This document shows positions 35,770 to 42,714 of a stretch of DNA of 64,000 nt, one piece after another. Position 1 is the stretch's first letter. Every line of letters starts with the position of its first letter. Location: positions 134,861 through 198,860 of the forward strand of contig JALNZW010000001.1 in assembly GCA_023229115.1 (NCBI GenBank). The letters run 5' to 3'. This DNA comes from Patescibacteria group bacterium. Its GTDB lineage: Bacteria; Patescibacteriota; Patescibacteriia; Patescibacteriales; UBA12465. The position numbers and the translations under genes were made by a program. The notes under the pieces are model-generated. The model saw only the letters and a list, made by a program, of their open reading frames with translations. It did not search any database and had not been told where the DNA came from.

Positions 35770-35965
35770 GTTAATTAAAATGATTGCTGTGATTACCAAC
35801 CACAGTTGTCTTTAGACAATTTTTACATTTGTAAAAACCAAATTTTGATTAATAAAAATTAAGTGGCCTCTTTTGAGGAAACTAGATGGAACCGCGGGAG
35901 AAATCTCGTTCTAGTAATTTATTATTTTTTTAAATTTTAAATTATTGGAGCGAGATTTTTTTATT
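35770..35965 (+). promoter_or_regulatory. T-box-like transcription-attenuation leader (putative Thr specifier ACC)
   Basis: T-box core AGAUGGAACCGCG at 35884-35896. The antiterminator is ACTAGA (35881-86), the 7-nt bulge TGGAACC (35887-93), an inner hairpin, then TCTAGT (35910-15). The competing terminator is 21 bp (35901-35921 with 35938-35958; 18 Watson-Crick and 3 G-U pairs) plus a T-run. Upstream hairpin CTGTG-AUUACCAAC-CACAG displays ACC at 35795-35797. Confidence 0.65.
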
Positions 35966-35986
35966 TATTATTTTAATTTAAATTAT

Positions 35987-37750
35987 ATGGAAAACAAAAA
36001 TGAAAAAAGTGAGTTAGAAATGCAAAGACATTCTTTAGCTCATATTATGGCTTTGGCTGTTATGCAAATTTATCCACAGGCTAAATTTGCGATTGGCCCA
36101 GATATTGATAATGGCTTTTATTATGATATTGATTTTTTTGATCAAAAAATAGGGGATAGTGAGCTAATAGAGATTGAGAAAAAAATGAAACACATTGTAA
36201 AACAAAATTTAAAGTTTGTTAAATCAAAAATAAATATTGACGAAGCTATTTCTAGGTTTGAAAAAAGTAATGATGTTTATAAAGTGGAAATTTTAAAAGA
36301 TTTAAAGTTAGATGGTGAGGCACTGGTTAGTCTTTATCAACTAGGTGATTTTGTTGATTTATGTCGTGGTCCACACATAGAGTCAACTGGTAAAATTAAA
36401 TTAGGTTCTTTCAAGCTAGATAAAATAGCTGGAGCTTATTGGAGGGGTGATGAAAAAAATAAAATGTTAACTAGAATTTATGGTTTAGCATTTTCTACTA
36501 AAGAAGAATTGGATGATTATGTAAAAATAATGGAGGAGGCTAAAAAAAGAAATCATCGAAAGTTAGGTCAAGAGTTAGATTTATTTTCGATTAGTGAGAA
36601 AGTTGGACCTGGATTGATATTGTGGCATCCTAAGTTATCAAAAGTTAGAGAAGCTGTTGAATCTTTTTGGAGAGAATTTCATCGAAAAAGGGGCTATGAT
36701 ACTGTTTATACTCCTCATATTGGTTTGGCTAAATTGTGGCAAACTAGTGGGCATTTAGGATTTTTTAAAGATTCTATGTATTCCCCAATGGATGTTGATG
36801 GAGAAAACTATTTTGTTAAACCAATGAACTGTCCTTTTCATGTTGAAATATATAAATCAAGGCCACGTTCTTGGAGGGAATTTCCTTTGCGCTGGAATGA
36901 GCTGGGATCTGTTTATCGTTACGAAAAAAGTGGAGAGCTGAGTGGGATGCTTAGAGTTCGTGGTTTTACTCAAGACGATGCTCATATAATTTGTCGTAAA
37001 GATCAATTTGCTGATGAATATCGTGAAGCTTTAAATCTTAGTTTTGAAATGTTTAAAACTTTTGGTTTTACAGATGTTAAGGGTTATCTAGCTGTTCGTG
37101 ATCCTAAAAATGTAGGTAATTATATGGGTGATAGTGAAATTTGGGATATGGCTGAAGAAACAATCAAAGAAGTTGTGTCCGAATTTGATATGCCTTATGA
37201 AATAGAGGAGGGTGGTGCTAAATTTTATGGGCCAGCTTTAGATATTAAAGTAAAAGATTCTATCGGCCGTGAATGGCAATTAACCACTATTCAACTTGAT
37301 CTAAATTTACCAGAAAAATTTGATATGATTTATAAAGGTCCGGAAAAAGATGAAAGACCTATCATGATTCATCGTGCTCTACTTGGTTCTTTGGAAAGAT
37401 TTTTTGGAGTTTTGATTGAACATTATGGCGGAGCTTTTCCTTTGTGGTTAGCTCCTTCTCAGGTGAGAATTTTATCAGTTGGTGAAAAACATATTGATTA
37501 TTGCAAAAAACTAAAACAAGAATTTTTAAATAGAGATATTAGAGCCGAACTTGATATTAATGATGAAACAGTCTCTAATAAGATTAGAAAGGCTGCCAAT
37601 GAAAAAGTTCCATATGTATTAGTTATCGGAGATAAAGAAATGGATGAAAATATTTTTGCAGTTAGAAAAAGAGGAAGTAATGATACTGAAATTTTTTCAC
37701 CCAATGATTTTTTTGAAACAATCTTAAAAGAAATAAAAGAAAAAATATAA
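35987..37750 (+). CDS. thrS: Threonyl-tRNA synthetase lacking the N-terminal TGS domain
   Basis: It starts directly at the editing-domain motif QRHSLAHIMA. Class II motifs include FRDSMY-like FKDSMYSPM, RVRGFTQDDAHIIC and HRALLGSLERF. I prefer ATG 35987 because TTG 35945 lies inside the leader terminator. Confidence 0.9.
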   Translation: MENKNEKSELEMQRHSLAHIMALAVMQIYPQAKFAIGPDIDNGFYYDIDFFDQKIGDSELIEIEKKMKHIVKQNLKFVKSKINIDEAISRFEKSNDVYKVEILKDLKLDGEALVSLYQLGDFVDLCRGPHIESTGKIKLGSFKLDKIAGAYWRGDEKNKMLTRIYGLAFSTKEELDDYVKIMEEAKKRNHRKLGQELDLFSISEKVGPGLILWHPKLSKVREAVESFWREFHRKRGYDTVYTPHIGLAKLWQTSGHLGFFKDSMYSPMDVDGENYFVKPMNCPFHVEIYKSRPRSWREFPLRWNELGSVYRYEKSGELSGMLRVRGFTQDDAHIICRKDQFADEYREALNLSFEMFKTFGFTDVKGYLAVRDPKNVGNYMGDSEIWDMAEETIKEVVSEFDMPYEIEEGGAKFYGPALDIKVKDSIGREWQLTTIQLDLNLPEKFDMIYKGPEKDERPIMIHRALLGSLERFFGVLIEHYGGAFPLWLAPSQVRILSVGEKHIDYCKKLKQEFLNRDIRAELDINDETVSNKIRKAANEKVPYVLVIGDKEMDENIFAVRKRGSNDTEIFSPNDFFETILKEIKEKI

Positions 37751-37753
37751 AAG

Positions 37754-37781
37754 AAAAAGGACACTATTTAGTGTCCTTTTT
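37754..37781. terminator. Bidirectional terminator between thrS and the convergent small ORF
   Basis: GGACAC pairs with GTGTCC around loop TATTTA, with flanking A-run and T-run. Confidence 0.75.
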
Positions 37782-37988
37782 AAAAAACCCCTTTTGACAG
37801 TAAGCAGAAGATTCGTTTGAATTTTCTGCTTCTAGGATTAAGTATTTTATTGGTACGTTTAATTCTATCCCTCCAAAACCTCTAATACTAATTGTTCTGT
37901 GTGGGTAATAATTTTTGGTATAATTAAAGTCATCAGCTGACATTTCAGCTACATAAGTTTCTTCTTCAAACCTGACATTTATTTTCAT
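37764..37988 (-). CDS. Hypothetical small protein
   Basis: 74-aa ORF with no motif I recognise. Confidence 0.45.
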   Translation of the reverse strand: MKINVRFEEETYVAEMSADDFNYTKNYYPHRTISIRGFGGIELNVPIKYLILEAENSNESSAYCQKGFFKKDTK

Positions 37989-38116
37989 AATTTTTATTTT
38001 TAGGTACGACTTACAATTATATCATATTTTTGACTTATTGTCAATGTGTAGTCTTTTGTTGAAAAAAATGTTAAAATAAAAATGTAAAGCTAGAACATAA
38101 TTAAAATTTTAAAATT

Positions 38117-38347
38117 ATGAAAAATCTAAATTATTTAGATTGCTTAGCCATCGCCCTTGTTTTAATTGGTGGCTTAAACTGGGGTTTAATCGGTTTTTTT
38201 GATTTTAACCTAGTTGCATTTTTTTGTTTTGATTTCGATGGTTTGAATTGTTTTTCTCGTTTTGTTTATGGTTTGGTCGGTTTATCTTCTATTTATTTGC
38301 TTATTAGAAGACCCTTTTGTTGTTTAAACAAAAAACACAAAAAATAA
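38117..38347 (+). CDS. DUF378 family membrane protein
   Basis: IALVLIGGLNWGLIGFFDFNLVA is the DUF378 signature; two TM segments, 76 aa. Confidence 0.75.
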   Translation: MKNLNYLDCLAIALVLIGGLNWGLIGFFDFNLVAFFCFDFDGLNCFSRFVYGLVGLSSIYLLIRRPFCCLNKKHKK

Positions 38348-38401
38348 TTTATTTCTTAATTTAAGTTTAATTAATGTTGTTTTTTTGTTTTGTCTAAAAA
38401 A

Positions 38402-39925
38402 ATGTTTCCACTTAATTTTTTTATTAAATTAAAATTTCATTCTCGTTATCGTCGAATAAATTTTTTTAAAGAAAATCCAGTTGAAGCCCAACTGGAAGTT
38501 TTTTTTGATTTATTAAATAAAGCTCAGAATACTTTTTGGGGTAGAAAATATAATTATGAAAAAATAATTGAAAGCAGAACAGCTGAAGATGCTCTTTTGC
38601 TTTTTAAAGAAAACGTTCCAGTGTCTTCCTATGATGATTTAAAACCAGAAATAGATCGTGTATGTGATTTGGAGGACAATGTTTTATGGCCAGGTAAATT
38701 AAATTATTTAGCTAAGTCTTCAGGAACTACTGGTTCTAAAAGCAAAATAATTCCAATATCGGACGAAGCTTTGGAGGTTTGTCATTATGGGGGAGGGGAA
38801 GATGTTTTAGCTTGTTATTTTAAGATTAAGCCAGATACCAAAATCTTTCTAGGAAAAACAATTTCTATCGGAGGTTCCTTTGATTCTAATTTTAAAAATT
38901 TTAATTGTGGTGATTTATCAGCTATTTTAATGAAAAATCTTCCTTTTTGGGCTAGCCCCTTTAGAGCTCCTAAAATGGCAGTTGCGCTTATGGGTGACTG
39001 GGAAAAAAAATTGGAAGAAATGGCTCGTGAAACAATTAACGAAAATATTGTGGCCTTGGCTGGCGTTCCTTCTTGGACTCTTTTATTGTTGAAAAAAGTT
39101 TTAGAAATTTCTAAAAAAGAAAATATTTTTGATGTTTGGCCTAACTTGGAATTATTTATGCATGGTGGCGTTAGCTTTGCTCCTTATCGTGAGCAATTTA
39201 AAGCTATTATTCCTGGTGATAAAATGAGCTATTTAGAAATTTATAATGCTTCTGAGGGGTTTTTTGCTTTAAATGATGATCTTAAGCGAGATGATATGCT
39301 TTTAATGCTTGATATTGGAGTTTTTTATGAATTTATTCCTTTATCGGAATTAGATAAAAGCCATCCAGTGACTTTGGGTGTTGGCGATGTGGAGTTGGGC
39401 AAGGTTTACGCCTTGGCTATTTCAACTAATGGTGGTCTTTGGCGTTATTTAATAGGTGACACTGTGGAAATTACCTCTGTTAAACCATTGAGAATAAAAA
39501 TAGCTGGCAGAACTAAACATTTTATAAATGTTTTTGGTGAAGAATTAATGGTTGGTAATACAGATAGGGCCTTAGAGATAGCCTTAGAAAAAAATCGAGC
39601 TAGTATCAATGACTATACTGTTTGTCCAATATTTATAGATGATAAAAATAAGGGTGGTCATGAGTGGCTAATTGAGTTTGAAAAAGAGCCAGAAAACCTA
39701 GAAGAATTCACAAGAGACTTGGACGATGCTTTGAAAGCTTTAAATTCTGATTATGAGGCTAAAAGACATAAGAATATGGTTTTGTCTTTACCTAAAATAA
39801 ATATTGCTAGAAAAAACTTATTTTATGATTGGTTGAAAAGCAAGAATAAATTGGGTGGACAAAACAAGATTCCTCGCTTGTCTAATAGCAGGGAGTATTT
39901 GGAGAATTTGTTGGAAATAAACTAA
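38402..39925 (+). CDS. GH3-family (acyl-acid amido synthetase-like, adenylate-forming) protein
   Basis: LAKSSGTTGSKSKIIPIS, YNASEGFFA and WRYLIGDTVEITS blocks resemble the GH3 auxin-responsive-promoter family. I prefer ATG 38402 over TTG 38390. Confidence 0.75.
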   Translation: MFPLNFFIKLKFHSRYRRINFFKENPVEAQLEVFFDLLNKAQNTFWGRKYNYEKIIESRTAEDALLLFKENVPVSSYDDLKPEIDRVCDLEDNVLWPGKLNYLAKSSGTTGSKSKIIPISDEALEVCHYGGGEDVLACYFKIKPDTKIFLGKTISIGGSFDSNFKNFNCGDLSAILMKNLPFWASPFRAPKMAVALMGDWEKKLEEMARETINENIVALAGVPSWTLLLLKKVLEISKKENIFDVWPNLELFMHGGVSFAPYREQFKAIIPGDKMSYLEIYNASEGFFALNDDLKRDDMLLMLDIGVFYEFIPLSELDKSHPVTLGVGDVELGKVYALAISTNGGLWRYLIGDTVEITSVKPLRIKIAGRTKHFINVFGEELMVGNTDRALEIALEKNRASINDYTVCPIFIDDKNKGGHEWLIEFEKEPENLEEFTRDLDDALKALNSDYEAKRHKNMVLSLPKINIARKNLFYDWLKSKNKLGGQNKIPRLSNSREYLENLLEIN

Positions 39926-40093
39926 TCAAGATACTTTCGCTATCTCTTGCCATTTTTATTTTTTTAGTGTAGTATTGAAATATGCTAAACAAGGCTTTTC
40001 TAATATTCTTGCACAAGTAAATGTTCGTGAGAGTTAGAGATAATTTAAAAAAGGTCGGCTTGTTTATTAATTTATTTGTATAAGAATATTGTT

Positions 40094-40384
40094 ATGAAAA
40101 AATTATTTGTAGGTAGTTTACCTTTTACAACTAAAGAAGAGGAGTTGAAAGATTTCTTTTCTCAAGTTGGTACAGTTGAATCAGCTGCTATTATCATTGA
40201 TAAAATGACTGGTAGATCAAAGGGTTTCGGTTTTGTTGAGATGTCTTCTGACGAAGAAGCTCAAAAGGCTGTTGACACTTTGAATGGAACTGATTTAGGT
40301 GGAAGAAACATTGTTGTTAATATTGCTAGACCAAAAGAAGATCGTCCTAGTGGCGGTTTTGGTGGAGGCGGATATAGAAACTAG
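40094..40384 (+). CDS. RRM-type RNA-binding protein with Gly-rich tail
   Basis: RNP2 KLFVGSLPF and RNP1 KGFGFVEM, with the tail SGGFGGGGYRN. I prefer ATG 40094 over TTG 40076. Confidence 0.9.
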   Translation: MKKLFVGSLPFTTKEEELKDFFSQVGTVESAAIIIDKMTGRSKGFGFVEMSSDEEAQKAVDTLNGTDLGGRNIVVNIARPKEDRPSGGFGGGGYRN

Positions 40385-40395
40385 TTCTCAACCAT

Positions 40396-40430
40396 AAAAA
40401 CAGCCCCCTTTGGGGGCTGTTTTGTTTTTT
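40396..40430 (+). terminator. Rho-independent terminator
   Basis: CAGCCCCC pairs with GGGGGCTG around loop TTT, followed by TTTTGTTTTTT. Confidence 0.85.
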
Positions 40431-40469
40431 GTTGCGCTATCTTATTTAAAATGATAGAATGAACGCATT

Positions 40470-41471
40470 ATGACTATTGAAAAACTACAAGAAGTTTTAA
40501 CTGGGGAAGCTAGTTTTCGCTTAAAGCAAGCTATAAAATTGGTTTTTGTCGATTTGATAAGTGACTGGGAAGACGCTTCTGTTTTTCCTTTGGTTTTAAG
40601 AGAAAAACTTAAACAAGATCTTTCTTTGGATATTAAGGCTGACTTGTTTCTTTCTAAAGAACAAAAATCGGGTAAAGCTATTATTCACCTGGTTGATGGC
40701 TTAAAAGTTGAAACAACTTTAATGAACCATAAGGATGGCCGAAATACAGTTTGTATTTCTTCTCAAATTGGTTGTCCTTTGGCTTGCAAGTTTTGCGCTA
40801 CAGGGAAAATGGGGTTTACTAGAAACCTGGATTATAGTGAAATATTAATACAAATTATTTTTTGGGCTAGATTTTTAAAAAATAAAAATGAAAAAATAAG
40901 CAATGTTGTTTTTATGGGTATGGGTGAACCTTTGTTGAATTATGACAATGTTTTTAAGGCAATTAAATTTATAAACGATCCTGATCTTTTTAACATTTCT
41001 TCTCGTAAAATAGCTATTTCTACCATTGGTTTGATAAATGAAATTAAAAAAATGGTTAACGAGAGAATAAAAGTTGATTTAGCTATATCCTTGCATGCTC
41101 CCAATGATTTTTTGAGAAGAAAAATAATGCCTTATTCTGAAAATTATCAACTGGAAAAACTTTTAGATACTAGTGATTTTTATATTAAAAAAACCAATAG
41201 GAGGGTTATGTTGGAATACCTTTTGATTAAGGGGGTTAATGATAGTCAGAAGGAAGCTTTGGAGTTGTCACGCTTGCTTTTGGGTAGAAAATTATATTTT
41301 GTTAATTTGATAAAGTATAATGAAACCGGTAGTTTTAAACCCTCAGATCAAAAAACAATCAATAATTTTAAAAATATTTTATTAAGAAACGGCATAAACG
41401 TGATTGAGCGTTATCGTTTCAATCAGGATGTTTTTGGGGCTTGTGGACAACTGGCCTTGAAAACAACTTGA
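40470..41471 (+). CDS. rlmN: 23S rRNA/tRNA adenine-C2 methyltransferase RlmN (radical SAM)
   Basis: SSQIGCPLACKFCATG radical-SAM motif, GMGEPLLN, and the C-terminal GACGQL. Confidence 0.9.
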   Translation: MTIEKLQEVLTGEASFRLKQAIKLVFVDLISDWEDASVFPLVLREKLKQDLSLDIKADLFLSKEQKSGKAIIHLVDGLKVETTLMNHKDGRNTVCISSQIGCPLACKFCATGKMGFTRNLDYSEILIQIIFWARFLKNKNEKISNVVFMGMGEPLLNYDNVFKAIKFINDPDLFNISSRKIAISTIGLINEIKKMVNERIKVDLAISLHAPNDFLRRKIMPYSENYQLEKLLDTSDFYIKKTNRRVMLEYLLIKGVNDSQKEALELSRLLLGRKLYFVNLIKYNETGSFKPSDQKTINNFKNILLRNGINVIERYRFNQDVFGACGQLALKTT

Positions 41472-41495
41472 CATAATAAAACAAGATGCTATAAT
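41468..41495 (+). promoter_or_regulatory. Promoter for rplJ-rplL (TTGACA-16-TATAAT), overlapping the rlmN stop
   Basis: TTGACA at 41468-41473, a 16-nt spacer, and TATAAT at 41490-41495. Confidence 0.55.
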
Positions 41496-41501
41496 TAGCT
41501 A

Positions 41502-41646
41502 GTAAACTGCAGACAGTAAGCTTTTTGCTTTTTTGAGCAAATTTAAGACTTGCCGAGGTTTTAGATGAATAATTTTATCTATAATTTTGATTGTCTGCTG
41601 TTTAGCAGATTTTTTTATTTAGGTTAATAATTAAATTATAATATTT
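41502..41646 (+). promoter_or_regulatory. L10-leader-like autoregulatory attenuator
   Basis: A long-range helix pairs GCAGACA (41509-15) with TGTCTGC (41592-98). It is mutually exclusive with the terminator hairpin TCTGCT/AGCAGA (41594-41609) plus T7 (41610-16). The position upstream of rplJ matches known L10 leaders. Confidence 0.5.
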
Positions 41647-42171
41647 ATGCCAAAAAACAAAGAGCAAAAAAGAGATATTTTGGCCGACTTAAAAGATAAA
41701 ATAAGTCGTTCTAAATCTATTGTTTTTACAACTTTTGACGCTTTAGGTGTTAAAGACAATGAAGAACTGAGAAAAAGTTTAAAAAAAGAAAATGGTGAAT
41801 ACTATGTTTCTAAAAAGACTTTAATGGATATTGCTTTTAAAGATAGTAATATTTCTGACTTGGATATTAAGAATTTACCAGGAAAGGTGGCTGTTGTGTT
41901 CGCTTACGAGGATGAAGTTTCTCCAGCTAAAGTTGTTTTTAATTTTAAAAAGGACAAAGAAGGAAAAATTTCTTTTGTTGGCGGTGTTTTGGATGGTAAT
42001 TTTATTAGCGCCTCTGAGGTTGAAAATTTAGCTCAGTTACCAAGCAAACAAGAGCTTTATGCTAAGGTTGTTGGCTCTTTGAATGCTCCAGTTTCTGGCT
42101 TCGTTAACGTTTTGGCCGGCAACATTAGAGGTTTGGTTAATGTTTTAAAAGCTGTTAGTGAAAAAAAATAA
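41647..42171 (+). CDS. rplJ: 50S ribosomal protein L10
   Basis: 174 aa, typical L10 sequence, upstream of rplL. Confidence 0.93.
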   Translation: MPKNKEQKRDILADLKDKISRSKSIVFTTFDALGVKDNEELRKSLKKENGEYYVSKKTLMDIAFKDSNISDLDIKNLPGKVAVVFAYEDEVSPAKVVFNFKKDKEGKISFVGGVLDGNFISASEVENLAQLPSKQELYAKVVGSLNAPVSGFVNVLAGNIRGLVNVLKAVSEKK

Positions 42172-42238
42172 TAATAAATAATAAATTAATTTTTTAGAAT
42201 ATTTTAATTAAATTAAATATTCTAAATTAAAAAAAATT

Positions 42239-42643
42239 ATGTCAGAAGAAAAAAAGGTAGTTGAAGTTCCAGCTAAATTTCAATCTTTAGTATCTGAGAT
42301 TGAAAAAATGAGCGTTTTAGATTTAGCTGAGCTTGTAAAAATTTTAGAAGAAAAATTTGGTGTTTCAGCCGCTGCTCCAGCTATGATGATGGGAGCTGCT
42401 CCAGCTGCTGGTGCTGTTGCTGCAGAAGAAAAATCTAGCTTCGATGTTGAATTAACTGATAGCGGAGCTAATAAAATTGCTGTTATCAAGGTTGTAAGAG
42501 AAATCACTGAAATGGGTTTAAAAGAAGCTAAAGATTTAGTAGATGCTGCTCCAAAAATGATTAAAGAAGGTTTGAAAAAAGAGGAAGCTGAAGAAGTTAA
42601 AAAGAAATTAGAAGAAGCTGGTGGAAAAGTTACTTTAAAGTAA
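42239..42643 (+). CDS. rplL: 50S ribosomal protein L7/L12
   Basis: Ala-rich hinge, and a C-terminal domain with [24 protein letters not shown]...[11 protein letters not shown]. Confidence 0.95.
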   Translation: MSEEKKVVEVPAKFQSLVSEIEKMSVLDLAELVKILEEKFGVSAAAPAMMMGAAPAAGAVAAEEKSSFDVELTDSGANKIAVIKVVREITEMGLKEAKDLVDAAPKMIKEGLKKEEAEEVKKKLEEAGGKVTLK

Positions 42644-42657
42644 TTATAACGCACATA

Positions 42658-42693
42658 TAAAAAAATAGAGAGTTAAGGCTCTCTATTTTTTTA
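42658..42693. terminator. Bidirectional terminator between rplL and the convergent 689-aa gene
   Basis: ATAGAGAG pairs with CTCTCTAT around loop TTAAGG, with flanking A-run and T-run. Confidence 0.8.
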
Positions 42694-42714
42694 TATTTAA
42701 ATTACTTTTTTGAT

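Noticed and set aside
35945-35986. N-terminal extensions from TTG/GTG starts in the ORF track: thrS 35945, cassette gene 55412, 57046, rplA 62467, 62972, 11196, 38390, 40076, 56910 and 19498.
   Set aside because: The extensions run through promoter boxes, leader hairpins or the preceding gene and add no conserved residues. An in-frame ATG at the point where homology begins is available in every case.
39982-40093. The long (~110 nt) 5' UTR of the RRM RNA-binding-protein gene. It has an 8-bp long-range pairing (TAAACAAG 39986-93 with CTTGTTTA 40059-66), considered as an autoregulatory element.
   Set aside because: A single 8-bp A/T-rich pairing is not distinguishable from chance here without covariation data.
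42280-42654. Long antisense or shadow ORFs inside well-supported genes. Examples are 42280-42654 (-) within rplL, 56476-56721 (+) within rpmA, 61953-62297 (+) within rplA, 63373-63621 (+) within nusG, 16219-16527 (-) within rpsB and 418-702 (-).
   Set aside because: They lie entirely opposite to or within conserved genes. They have low-complexity S/L/F/K-rich products and no motifs, as expected from codon-complement effects in an AT-rich genome.
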